From NCBI GenBank assembly GCA_002633005.1, contig NMRA01000222.1, forward strand, positions 231,517 to 295,516: DNA of 64,000 nucleotides. The letters run 5' to 3'. This DNA is from Phoronis australis. Taxonomy: Eukaryota > Animalia > Phoronida. The position numbers were made by a program, and so were the translations under genes. The notes under the pieces are model-generated. The model was not told the origin of the DNA. It ran no database searches and saw nothing but the letters and a program-made list of their open reading frames with translations. This document shows positions 1 to 13,520 of this stretch, in pieces; the first letter of the stretch is position 1, and every line of letters starts with the position of its first letter.

Positions 1-1626
1 ACATGTTTACAAAAGACCAATATTTTTAAAATCTCTGTTCAAAGTCAAAAAATTGTTTTACTAAAAAAACAATATTTTGTGAAAGAATAAAGACAAGTAA
101 ATAAAAATAATAAATTTCGTTGGGAAATTTATCCACCTTTCAGAAAATATATACTTTGTAGGGATTACAGCTAACAGAATTTAAGATATTTGCAAATCAG
201 TACAACCTGGTAAACGAGATTCACAGTTTCCCAAGACGCTGTTTATGCAAATAGGTTGAAACAAGGATCTGTAGGTGGCGCTGAACGCCTGTACATCAAA
301 GACCCGGCTCGAGTTCAATAGCTGTCTCGCAGCTAGAAGGATCTAGCCAAAATCACGCATTCTCATTTAAAATACACGGCAATATGTCATGTCATCTCAC
401 TAACCTTGCTTTTTAGCGAAGTCTTAGCGTTGCTGAACTCTACCCTGATAGCCGTGTGGCGCTTGGGGATGGTGAATTTCAATATGGCTCGGCTACATGT
501 CGAAATTCAGCCATTAGTTTTTCTTATGTTGACGAGACGAGTTCAGTGTAGTACTGCAGTCCTGCCAGTGCTTTGAAAACACAAGTCATAGAATCACTAG
601 GACCGCAACCACCAAAATTTTGTCAGTCTATTTTAATACTCGAAACTTAAAAAAAACTCGGACTCAGCAATTTCTTGTATTTTGAAGACCACCAACAACG
701 CACTCACTCAAAAGCACCAGTAACCTTCAGTAATCCTCACGTTTTCCGAGTAGTGCCCAGGAAAAGGGTGAAAACCAATAATTTGCCAGTGTTACTCGAG
801 CAAATTTGGGAAAATATCTGGAAATTCCGAGTTTACTATCTAGCATTCTTGAAAAAAGTACTTACTACATATATTACGATTTATTTGAAGACTTAACTTA
901 ACAACTCGATACATCATTAAACACTGAGAGCATATTAACTAAATTTGCGATCAGTATGAATACATCAATTGGATTTACAAAGTACATACCCACGTTATGT
1001 TTGCCTGGCGTGTGCCTATAGAGTTCAGGAAAAAAGGCCCGCAGTACTCTGGTAATAGTTACAGGTTTAGCTCTAAAACACACCTAGGTTAGTAATTAAA
1101 ATGATCAGGTTATCGGACTTCATAACTTGTTAGCCATATAGGAAAGTGAATTTCGTATGCATGTAAATACAGACCGACCAAGAACATTCGAAACTTTTTG
1201 ATACTCGGTGACGGATTCAATTGGTTAATTAGTCGCAGACAAGAAGCATGATAAGATTTTCAAAAAATAGGTTTACGCTTAAAATCATTGAAAAGTAAGC
1301 ATAAGCTTCATGCTATTTCTGGAAGATGGGAGAGGAATGCAAACCCACTATGCTGTCGATCACTAAGAGCGAGCTCGACATTTCTGGAAATGTTCAACTC
1401 ATTACGCACGACACTTTAGCGCTCGTTTTCGTTCCCAGATACTTATATCATATAGGATACTTCTCAATGCATTTCAACCCTTCGCCTCTTTTCTCACATG
1501 CACTCAGGAGATTAGTGCTTTAACTTTTTTCATACTGGCATTGATTAACACTACACCACCAGTCGCGTCGGCCATGTTCTCTGCGCCTTGCAATTGGAAG
1601 CCTTTGTACAGAGTTGATACTAAAAT

Positions 1627-1719
1627 CACAACAACAACAACAACAACATCAATATCACCAACAACAACAAAAACAACAACATCATCATCAACAACAACAA
1701 CAACAGGAACAACAACAAA
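1627..1719. repeat. (ACA)n/(TCA)n microsatellite
   Basis: Directly visible; it explains the poly-T/poly-Q ORFs. Confidence 0.95.
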
Positions 1720-2178
1720 TTTTGATTTCCTTATGGTTTGGCCAAAGCTACAGTATTCAAGAAGTTAACCCTTCCCAAAATAACCCCCAAAATGCCATAA
1801 AATCGACTATTTTAGTTTAATATAAGCGCTCTTTGTATAGGACTTTTTGGTTCCATAAGTTTCTCGGAACGGCTGTCTACGGTCATTCCGATCAATCGTA
1901 TACGGCAGCTGAAAAATCGGAGCATGTATACATTAAAATTTTGTAAATTACTCAAGAGGGGCCATCTTCCATGCTCTCAAAGGTTCACTGGGCTTCAGGC
2001 TGCATAGACGTTCGCGTTCCTTCGGGATTCATGTAAAATGCCTTACTGTGAAATACGGATTTGACAAAAACTCGCAACTACTGTTATCATGTTAAAAAAT
2101 AACTCTCAGAAATCCCGAAAGGTGTAGTGTGAGTGTTCTTATGTTGGGTTGCCGTGCACGCGGCAGCCCCATACTTAA

Positions 2179-3737
2179 AGTCCTTGTTGCAAACTGCCCA
2201 TGTGGTTCCAATATCCGAAAATACTTACTACATAAATTCTTATTTTCGACACCCTTTCTTTATATTCTTTTCGCCTTTCTTGCCAAAAGCGATTTTTTAA
2301 CAGTATTTGACCCTTCTCTCTGAGCGTATGATTACCGGTTGTCATCGGTTATTTCCGTACCCACATTTCCGGCTCATCAGTTCAGGAACTTGTCCTGAAC
2401 GCCGCCATTTTTTCCTTGTAACTGAATGTGCTATGGCTTGCTCGAAAAGTCTTCATTATTTTGTTTTATTAGTAATATATCGTGATTCGTTTGCATATGT
2501 AGTGTATTTATAGTTTGTAGTTAGTGGTCGTTGATTTTTTTGGAATGTTACGCGTACTTAGTATGTTAAAATAGCATTGGTGTTTAGTTCCTTACGTAGG
2601 CCGGTCGAACCTAGGAACCAATATGGGTCGAACCAATTTTTTTCGGTTTTATTTTTTTCCTCGTTTTGAAAAAGTACTTTGCTATCATCGGAAAGGTAGT
2701 ACATTCTACTCAGTAAAAATCGAAAAAGTATCAAAATCGGGGCAAGCACTGTAAAGTTATTGCAAGTTTTGTGGCGAAATTTGGGTCACTTTGTTTGGAT
2801 CGCGTCGGCCATATTGGAGGACAGCGGGATGAGTTACGAGTTTAAAACTTTGTGTAAATTGTTTTCGCCAACAAATTACGGTAAAATTTAGTTAGACATA
2901 TCTTTACTTACTATTCTGCACGATTTAGCAGTGTTCACCAAATTTCAGCCTCGCAGTTGTTACTCATTAAGTGATAAATGTGCTCACAATTCCCGTTGGA
3001 CTTCGATCGTCTCATTTCTGGCGGCACCTACAATGTCGACTTTTGCTGAACTGAAAGGCATGTTCAATCGGCTACTTTGTAATTTGTGAAGATTTAACGT
3101 TGATACATTTTGACAAACGTTGCTACAAAAAAGAAACTTTGTTCAATTTTCGTGTTTTTTGTGTTTGTGGCCAGCAGTGTGACACAGGACTAACCAGCCC
3201 GTAATTTCATGCAAGTGTCTGAAACTACCTTTGAATATATGCAGCATTTATCATTTGACCATTTTACTTCCACAAAACAGCTTGCAACCGCATGCATTTA
3301 CCGTTCGCCAGTGTCTGGTCTCGATCCGCACTGGGTCCGATAGGCTGCGGTCCCGAGTCTGGCAAAATAATTTCTGTCAAAATTTATTCGCCGCATTTCT
3401 TCAGCAAATTCCATAAAATTGTCCGTAGTTTGATTTTATCAAAATTAAGGCGCGCTGTCGATTTTTTATCCCCTTTTGCTGGCTGGTAACAGTACAGGCA
3501 CTGCCCCAGTCGCACTGACGGCGTTTTCTCGGCCTGGGTTCCTGAATGAATTGTACTTCCAGGTTCGCGGCAAGTTCAAAATGGCGGTGTTTCTTCGGGC
3601 GCGAATCGTGAGTGGCGCGTTCATTTAAACTGTTTTCGAGTACGGATCGTGAATTAGTTATGGGGTAGGTACTTCTTGGATCCTTATAACATCTTCTAAC
3701 CATGTAATAAGGGTTAACAACGCGTGAGAGAAGGACT
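2179..3737. mobile_element. Non-autonomous Kolobok-type DNA transposon, family A (internally deleted copy)
   Basis: TTAA|AGTCCTT...AAGGACT|TTAA termini. Colinear with the copy at 25817-28455 but lacks much of its middle. Confidence 0.8.
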
Positions 3738-4807
3738 TTAATATTACTGAATACGAATGTATTTAGCAAAACAATTGTCCGTTGGTATGGAACTGGTTTG
3801 TATGAATCTACGAAAATCGACTGAAACTTTTAATTCATGTGTGAATTTTGGCCACTTAGAAGTTGTAAGAAATGAAGGTGTGAATTGTCACACAGGTTAA
3901 AATTTTGCAAAGCAAACATCATTGGACTCCTAAATGGCAAATAGCACTAGACGATTTTGCCCGAGACTTTTTGGCTGTTTTTTACGGTTAGTGCGAGACG
4001 TCACATAAATCAAGGGTTGTGGGACGTCGAACATTCATAGCAGCCCCGCAAACAGACGTGTACCCACTTTACCTGTTTTAGCAGCAATTCAACCAATCAG
4101 AAGTTCAGTTTATCACAGATACGAGGAAACAGGGAGCATCTATGCAATTCCAACCCAGCTTACTGAGCAGACGAACGCCTACGCGACACTTTCGGAGACA
4201 CTTCTTTGGGGGCTGGATGCTCTGGGATGCTCACGCATCAGTTTTTACTATCCGTAAAAAGATAAATGCAGATGTACATTTTCTGCGCTTTTTGATATCG
4301 AGTTCACAAATAGTGTTATTCCAATATTTCCATGAATAAAAAATTCCTGGTACTTGTTACGCATAAAATCTCTTGCCACGGAACCTGAACTAAACCACTC
4401 CCAGACACACCTGTAGCAGACAAATGCACCACTCTGTTTTATCTGTTGGGTTTTCGGTCACTTGTGATAACTCTTGTCTGTGGTGAAAGTGTCTGAGTGA
4501 GATTGGAGTTGAGGCTCTGTGGTAAGAGTGTATGGTAAGGGTGGTTTCCACCCCCTGAAGTTGCTTTGCCATTAGTTATGATGATATGTCCATACAGTGA
4601 AAAATGTGCAATCTATTGCAACGTTTTCCTGATCTTTCTAATAAAAGGTTCAAGTATTTCTTTAAGCGTCTCTTTTTGCTTCTCTTTGATTAAATACGTC
4701 ATAAGATTATCTTTAATGCTCGTTCAAGATAATATCGCATTTTCAAAAACAACAAAATTTGACGTGGAAGTTCAAAGTATGACTTGGTAATTCTAGCTGT
4801 CCACAAC

Positions 4808-4944
4808 NNNNNNNNNNNNNNNNNNNNNNNNNNNNNNNNNNNNNNNNNNNNNNNNNNNNNNNNNNNNNNNNNNNNNNNNNNNNNNNNNNNNNNNNNNNNN
4901 NNNNNNNNNNNNNNNNNNNNNNNNNNNNNNNNNNNNNNNNNNNN
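4808..4944. other. Assembly gap (137 N)
   Basis: N run. Confidence 1.
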
Positions 4945-5384
4945 CAAGATTGAAGCGCACCGAATAATACGGTTCTCTTACCCTTTCGCGTCAGCATGCT
5001 GTTCCGCCCCTGACAGCGAAGCGCTCACTAGATGGTGTCCTGATATCGGAGTTGCCGACGGAGGTTGATGAAGATGTATTGAAGATTGATCTTTCGAACA
5101 ACACCACAAGTCGACTGTCTACATTTTTACGCTGTCCTCTCTTACAGTGTAGGTTTCAATAATAATCAGGGGCTTTGGACCGAACTAATTGATATTATTC
5201 GGTACGCTTCGAAATTGGCGCTTCCAGACCGAAAGGAACTGTAAGAAATCCTAATTTTACTCTAAACTTTATTATTCGATCCACTCTTGTTTAGGATTTG
5301 TGTGAAACCAGCTTTTGTTTGCTCATTAATGGAAAATCTGGCGTTGATGGTCGTGGCCATAAGTCGGTACTTCGCTGTGTTAAC

Positions 5385-5546
5385 CAGTGCTGTAGTGGGG
5401 CGTAGGCGCACGTAGGCGCAGCCAACCACCTTTTGGCATTTGAACGTACATGTAGCGCCTACGCACAGTAAGTTACGTTCATTGTTCAAGGTGATACGGT
5501 GGGCTTTGAGCGCTTACTTACCTCTTACTTTACCAGTATAGCACTG
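5385..5546. mobile_element. hAT-type MITE (8-bp TSD family)
   Basis: TIR CAGTGCTGTA/TATAGCACTG, flanks GTGTTAAC/GTGTTAAT. Inverted paralog at 16910-17045. Confidence 0.8.
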
Positions 5547-5895
5547 GTGTTAATACGGTAGCTGCACGTATCAAATGGAACTAAAGCCTAGTTGCTTTGC
5601 AAAATTCACCCAAAACTGATTCTGTGCCTTTGCCGATGAAACATTGGTACATACTCTCATCAATTAACGCACTCAACTTCGTCAAGCCGGGTGAGGGGTC
5701 TTAATCTGCACTATAGGTAATTTAAATCAACCAAGCTTGACGATTAAACAGACTTAAGGAATTCGCAAATTTTCGCAAAATGGTTTAGAGTTAATGAGTG
5801 TTACTCGGTTTCAAAGATTTAAGTGAACAAGACCTTAACTTCTGTTCTTAAGGCTAAACCTGGGTCAAGTTTCCTTATGACAGATGCTGACTTAA

Positions 5896-6341
5896 AGTGG
5901 CATAGAACATGAAAAACAGACTAAATTACATTATTCAAAGTGGTTCTCTGCCGCTGACACAGAAGCCAAAGTGTCCAACAGGTACTTTTACGGTTTGTTC
6001 GTAAAGGCTTTGAATTTCTGGTGATGTAAAAGCATTTTCCTTCAGATTCAAATTTCAAAAAACGATCTGTTCGTCACTCTGTCGATTTTTCTCCAACACG
6101 GTAAAGCATGTCTCCTTGTTTTGTATGCCAAGACAGATTTGGAACATTTCCTATAATTATATACGGCAGATGTTACGTTAGACCTTTGTTGTAAACGAAG
6201 CAATGGCGATTTCAAGCCGTAACCAGTCCGACTTCTTTGAGCGCAAACAATAAATAATTCTCAAGTAAGCCATTCCAAGAAGTAGACTTTCCACGATTTG
6301 TTTAAAAGGTATTTTTACGAGTTTCCGCCCTCTATGCTTCT
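5896..6341. mobile_element. Possible non-autonomous Kolobok-type element
   Basis: TTAA|AGTGGCATAG...CTATGCTTCT|TTAG: imperfect 10-bp TIR and imperfect TSD. Single copy in the window. Confidence 0.4.
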
Positions 6342-8590
6342 TTAGAGTATGGCAAATAAAGCACGTAATTTGCATTTGATTCGACTAATTTTACGAAATC
6401 TTAGAGAATTTCTACAGTATTCTGAAAATTTGCATCTGATTGTATTCACTGAGACAGGACCCATGTCGCCAGACTCATGAACGTTGTGGATTGCCATGAA
6501 TAAAAACTTAAACATGATGAATCATGAGCATTTGGCTGAAATCAAAACAAAACTATCCCAAACACTACATCACAAATGCTTAAAGCAAGCCGCCGCAGAC
6601 TCAATCAAAGCAATATTTTAAGCACATAACAATTGGGCGGGCGTTCTTTGTATAGTATTTGGCGGGCCTTTCAGTAAGAACATACTCCACAGAGAAGAAA
6701 TGTGTTCTTTACAAACGCCGTGAAACGCTTCAGACAGGTCTGATACTGTGACTGTGATTAGTGTTGTGACTTATCGTTAGACGGCGCTAACGTCGGCTTT
6801 ACTGCGACTTGTCATTTCAAGCCGACGAATGAATCTAGTGTCTGTCAGCAAAACAAATCTCTTTGATCCCTAGTCTGTCACAGTCGTAACTGGTTGTCTT
6901 GTTGCGTGCTCAGTCTTCCCGATTTTAGACACAGGTTTTCGTTTTGCAAGGGCGGGTTCATGTTTCCAGGTACGTGATTACTGTTCAAGATCCGGTGACT
7001 TTTATTGGTTAAAGTTGCCCTACGGAGTTTGGCGAATAAGAGGTTAAAATTGAAGTTAAATCAACGTTTGTGTGTTAGACATCAACACAAACCATGATCT
7101 TTTATTCAGAAACCAGAATTCACAGTAATAGCATGAAATTTTAATCGGTGTCCCCTGAGAAATCATGCCTACATGTAGTTTCACTTCTTAACAGTTGAAA
7201 CAAATTGTAAAAAAACAGCAACGTTATCGCTGGGCTGATCTATCCTTCTTATATTGCTGAGTCTGGTGATTACACGAAACAAGGAGGGCTGTTTTCATGA
7301 AGATTAAAGAGTGAACACTATTTTTTTAGAAACATTGGCAGCTGCAAGCCGGAAATCGAAACTGTTAGCTCTATAGTAGCGGCCGCACGTGCTGCCGCTA
7401 AGCCACATCATGCGCACAGTATTAAATGATGAAGAGGCACGCGGTCTGGCAGACATCGCAATAAAATGACAATAAACAATGTATTTTGATGTTTTACACC
7501 TCTTGTGAAAGCTAAAAACTTTCAGAAACCTATCCTACCCAGAAATAACCCACAAAATATGATACCAGCCGTATAACCGACAATCCCCATTTAAAGGTCT
7601 TTAAGATCATCACGGTTAGGTAACAAAAGATGCAACATCAATAGCTGGTGAGATTTCGAATCACCAACCATAATATGCCAAATAAAAAGCACCTACATGT
7701 ACGAGTATAAGTAACCACCTAAATGTTCAGAAACGTACACCAAAAATATCACAATTCACTGAGAAGTATTTGTTGTGACACTTAAAACTGTTCGGTACTT
7801 TGTTTATACTTACTTATGCTACAGGAGAACTGAAAATATTTTGCGAGGAACAATTTTTCTAATACGTAACGTGAAAGATTCTCATAAATAACGCTACTTT
7901 ATACAGTATCAGCTACACAAAACAACCATACACCCATAACAGTGCGTCTGGACGCAAAGTAATGTATTGCGCATGAACTGTTCTGTATTACTGGTTGAAG
8001 CCTTCATTCTTATCCCGAAATTCACAAAGGAAAAAATAAAGAGAAATGATGTTCAGTCGACCGTATTCCAAAGTTTAGTACAGCCATGCACCGATTGTTA
8101 CTTCTCGCAAGTGACAAGGTTTTATCTGAGATGTAAACTTTCATCTATTGAAAAGATGTACTTCATCTGAAATCTGATACACGCTCGGTGACCTGTCGCG
8201 AGCGTGTGCTTTCAAGTTCAATTGTACTCTTTGCGGAACTTGAACTTGAATGCGAACTTTAGTAGAGATATGAGAATGAATACATATTAATTTTCTAAAA
8301 AAAATTAGAACATTTATAGGTTTCCTGATTATATCTATATGACTAAGAAAGATATCATCATATTCAATTTCGAGGGTAACACAGAAATATTGGTAGACTG
8401 AACTTCATAATTTCCATTACTCTCATATCTTTCAATCTCGGTGTCATCGATGGCCGTGCTGTCTCGCTTCACATCGCCCTTATTGAAAACGATCATGACG
8501 CCACACTCCAATACGGGTTCCGTTTCATGACGTTACAATAACTTCACAAACCCATATGAGTAACAACCATTAGTCTTTGAACAATTTTAA

Positions 8591-9887
8591 AGGCGAAGGC
8601 AACCTATTTTCATGCCATTTTTAGCAAAAATAGGGTTCATTGGTTATCCCAGACATATTTTTCACTTATTTACAGCTTTTCGTAATTTAATTAATTATTC
8701 GTCGTCTACTCCGGAAGAGACGTTTTGGGAGGCAAGAATTTCGCGCCAATTTCTTTTCATACAGTCTGACTGAGAGCAGTCGAGTCAGTCATTGTTCTAC
8801 CTCGGTTGTGATAATTTCGGTCGTCGTTTGCTTTTTTTTACGAGTCAGTCAACATGCCACGCTGTTGCTGCCTACCGAGATGTGCTCATTATCGTCTCAC
8901 GTACAGAGGAAGAACTGTCCCACTTGCCCGAGTGTCCCCCGACACACTCCCAGTGGATGGTGACTTGTGCACCCAAACTGCTTACATCCCGTCGTGCGAC
9001 TCCCTCGTCACACACGTGGCACCTTCTAAATAGCTCCAATAAGTCCACAATAAACTTATCAAACATAGGCTCACCGATCTGTTGGCATTGGATGACGAAC
9101 TGTCTTTTTCACTGGGTGTCAAACTGGGCCTGTATTCACTCCCACTACTCAACATCGCAGCAGGGCTGCTTACAGGCTTTGGGCTAGAGACAACAGCACA
9201 CGGGGAATCACTGCTAGTTCCTGGAATTGCACGCTATGGGTTACGTTCGGAGGCATAGGTGACAGTAGATGAAGTGCCTCCAGTTACTGTTTATAGTGGC
9301 CACAGCTGGCGAGGCTTCTCGCTTCAAAACGCACTTCTCGGGGGAAGCGACGGGCCTTTGCCGGGAAAAAACATCGACGGTATGGAACCCTTCTTCAGGC
9401 GTTGTTTCGCAGGGACCTTCATCAATTCAGCGTACATATCTCTGTCGTAATCTGACTGCTGAAAATGCTTGCCACTGCTTTGTACATTGCGTGAACGGGT
9501 AGCGCTGCGTTCTTCACACGAAAGAGCTAGCCAAGTACGGCGAAGTGTGTTATCCTTCGGAAAGCGATGCAAGGAACCCAGAGCGCGTGTGAAACGATAA
9601 TGAGTACATCATGGTACGCAGCATGTTGACTGACTTGTAAACAAAAGCAAACGACGACCGAATTTAACACATCCGAGGTAGAACAATGATTGACTTGACA
9701 GCTCTCACAATCTGACTGTATGAAAGAAATTGGCACGAAATTCTTGCCTCCCAAAACGTCACTTCCGGAGTAGAGGACGAGAAATTAATTGAATTACGAA
9801 AAGCTGTAATTAAGTGAAAAATATGTCTGGGATAATCAACATACCTTATTTTTGCTAACAGTGACATGAAAAAGGTTGCCTTCGCCT
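8591..9887 (-). mobile_element. Kolobok-derived element with ~300-bp inverted ends and a THAP/transposase remnant
   Basis: TTAA|AGGCGAAGGC...GCCTTCGCCT|TTAA. The minus strand encodes a decayed THAP (SLHRFPKDNTLRRTW...KHF..SDY...RLKKGSIPSMF) and KFIVDLLELFRRCHVC...C.GGH...W, which resembles the Kolobok transposase N-terminal region. Confidence 0.85.
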
Positions 9888-12487
9888 TTAAATGCGTGTT
9901 GTCACATGGGCGGCGCACCATAGGAGGCTGGAGGGCTATAGCCCCCGCTTTTTTCAGTGCTATGTCGTATGCGAGATTGTGCAACTCATTTGGTCTAGGT
10001 AACAGGGTTACTTTACGCAAGTGTGTACGGTGTGATGGATACGTAAGTAACGATCAGGTGGATGGTTTTCTCAACGCCAGGTTCCTAAGGAAAGGGGTCA
10101 AATTGGAGGGATTTCAAAGCTTTGCCGGAACTGACTGTTCTTAGATTGATACCAGGCTCTCTTAGTTGACTTGTTTCAGCGTGGCATACATGTAACCGTC
10201 AGTCTTTTGCAAACCCAGAAATCAACTTTTCATCTGGGCGCAGAACTCTTAGACATGGAATGCCAACTTCGATCTCGCGCAACTTAAGTTGCGCCGCGAA
10301 CGCGTGGGATTTGTTTGCGTTTGTTTGCGGTGCTGGTTCTTGCATTGGGATATAGCGATTAGGGTGAAAAGTTTGCTTATTACAAACGCAGTAAGTTTAG
10401 AGCTGTTGTCACCGAATTATTTCCGAACAAAATTCATCTGTATTTTGGGAACATTTTGGCTCGAACTTTGTTAAACTGAGGATCATATGCTTGCGATTTC
10501 GCGATTTGGGAAGCCGGCCGTGGGCAGTTGCCTAGCTGTGTAACATAAAGCCATCCAGACATATTACAATAATTTCGAAAGTTTACAATTTCCTTGAAAT
10601 ATATCCACATGATCAAACACCACGAGAGGTCTAATACTACAAAATCATTTACCTAAGGCAATTAAAAACAAATATGTATTTGAATACTGGGGCAATGGGA
10701 AAAGCGTCAATGTTTACTGCCAGTTTTTCAACGGTTTTCCGAATTGCATGAGAATCTTACCATTAGAAAGCTCTTGATTGTGTATGATTATAACAGAAAT
10801 AACACTTAAATAATTTACTTCGTAAATGCATGTGTCTGTGTTACCGTAGACATGAGACACTGGAACACATTCTCACGATTGTTATGTTACTAAAGAAAGT
10901 GGACTTTGGAAACTGACAATATTCGTAACAAAGAGACAAATGTTATTTTGAGCACTTGTTACATATTTTTAACGGTCAACTTTCGAGAATGAAAGGACGG
11001 GACATCTGAATTGAAGAGTGAGATTTCCGGAAAAAAACTAGGCGACGCGGGTCGATGCCAAAACGCAAGGGTGAAATGTTCACCGCAACACACAAAAACG
11101 TCCCGACAGCGTTTTTTAAAGAGAGACGTGACATTAAAGGCGCGCGGCGACGTTTTTAGTCAAACGATAAATTACGGGTGCCACAAAAACATGAAATGAA
11201 ACGTACCGTTTTTTCCTTTTGTTCGAACGGGAAGATAGTCGCATGGAACAAATCACACAATAGTACAGTGTATGACGATAAGTGAATTTCGCCGTGTGGC
11301 TGAAAAAGCGGGACATTTTGATGGTGGGGCGAGATGTTGAGGAAAAATATAAAAATGTGGGACAGTCCGCCAAGAGCGGAACAATTGGCAAGTTCAATAT
11401 ATGCTGCCTGTTACGCTTAGTATTAGATTGGATTCTTTTGTAAGGTGAGCTTTCCGTTTTGTTCTGTTTATTTCATGAGTATAGGTAAAATTTACATACT
11501 GCTCAGGGCAACAGGTAAACACTGCACAAATGAATTATTATAGAAAAGTATATGAAAGTGAGTACTTTATTGTGTTTTGGTACAATTGTTGATTTTAACT
11601 GAATTACTCATATCAGGTAGATGTTATGTGAGACATCTGACATCATTGTAATAAAGATATAATCAAGTAATAATAGAATATAAATTGTATTCAATTAACA
11701 ATTAAAAGAAATAAGTCTAGATTTCGATAACTTAAAATTTAGTACAATACCGGTTCTACTAATTAACTGGTAAAATACATCAGTTTTCCCAAAAATGCAG
11801 TTGCCTGGCGAGTCATTCGAACACATAACAATTTTTCAAAACGAAAACTTAAAAATATTTTTGTCGCCCCCAATGTGTTTATGATGCGTCTCATTATTTA
11901 AAGAACGATGACATCAGCAGCCTGAAGGGATTTAATTAATCACAGCAGCATGGTGGCTGCAAACCGGAACAAATCCGGGTACGCAAACCGGTCGAGTTGC
12001 CCAATTTCACCTGGTTATATTATCAATGTAGGGTTCTTTCCACGGGTTGTGCAGTAGTCGAATCCTCCCGAAAATCCACAGGTGCTGGCGCCTTGCCACC
12101 ACATACTTTTGTATTATGTTTCAATGAAATCTGTCCATCAACTCTTCATATATCACCTGGAAACGCTCAAAAATAAGGAAAAGCTGAAGCTACTTGTAGA
12201 GACCAAAATGTCTACTAGGGGGTGCTGTAGTCATCAATACGACCGAAAATCGACTGGTGCCCTCATATTGCCATCACACACCTGTGTTGAAATCCGTCCA
12301 TCATCCATCTATATATCACACGGAAACATTCATGGATACAGGGAACTGGGGAGATTAAAAAAACGCGCATGCACCACCTTAGCCATGCCCTTCACCATTG
12401 TGTCAAATTTCATTAAAATCCGGCCGACAAGTTTTTTTTTCTGAAAAATTGACACCCACATAAATATGTAGGCGCTATAAGATAATG

Positions 12488-12646
12488 TATAAACCTTATT
12501 CACGCAGTCGCCATTTTAGTAGTGGGCCTCTTTTCAGGTAAAAATAACGCATTCGAGAGATAAATGTGATTAAGCGCAGAATGCATTGTTTTCAAAACAT
12601 AAAAAGAGGTTCACTTTAAAATGGTGACTGCGTGAATAATGCGTAT
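12488..12646. mobile_element. Small MITE with ~28-bp TIR
   Basis: TTATTCACGCAGTCGCCATTTT / AAAATGGTGACTGCGTGAATAA. An inverted partial paralog lies at about 14085-14247. Confidence 0.7.
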
Positions 12647-13133
12647 TGCATTTCCTGGGCTCGGGTAAATCTCACACACCCCGTTGTCTGCACCCAAGTT
12701 TATTTTCTGAGCAGCGAAGCATGTCTAATTGCGGTATTCGTGGTCACAATATTTAGCCTTAGTTAATATACCTAGAACTAGGTGTTGCAACAACGAAGTA
12801 TACGCTTCACTTGAGTACCGTGTTGAAACATGATAATCAAAACAACTAGCCAAGTAAAACCACCAACCAAGAGTATCTAGAGGACTATTTGTAGCTGCGG
12901 TTTGTTTTGAGCACAATCACACATTTCAGTACTCAATGAATAAAGAGAATCTGAAGGGCAGATTTAACCCCTTTAGTCGAATACAACTGATAACACTATA
13001 GCATTAGAATATGATTAACTTGAAGGAGCTTGATATTACTGCAAGAAGTAATATTACCGTAATAATGATAGTAAAACGCTGCCACATGTATCATTTTGAC
13101 TAATTTCACACACTCGGACCCTACTCAAGCCCA

Positions 13134-13520
13134 TTTGGCAGTTTGTACCCATTTGATACTTGTTATTGAATTTGCCGTTTTGGTCGACCCCCTTGGTACA
13201 TGTAGGCAAACGGCCAATACCCATTTGGTATTATGTACCCATTTGGTTCTATGCTAACCTGTGCCACTTATTATCCGATACTCAATTACACATTGGGTAT
13301 CGTAAATGTGTGTGTGTTATCTCTTCTTTTTCTTCTCATATTCAACAAACGATCGTGATATCGATCCTTACCTGTTGGCGCATGTATGAAATTGAGGTGT
13401 ACATAACTGTGAAAAATAACGATTGTAATTAAGGAACCCATTCCTTCTGTGAAATATTTATTTGTAGAGCTGTGACCCTGAAATTCCTAATACAACTTAA
13501 AAATATTTATTATTCCTGTT
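13134..13520. repeat. Interspersed repeat with TACCCATTTGG subunits
   Basis: Reverse-complement paralog of 46290-46590 and 46840-47130. Confidence 0.75.

Noticed and set aside
1541-1820. Poly-Thr and poly-Gln ORFs
   Set aside because: They are translations of an ACA/TCA microsatellite, with no splice context or domain.
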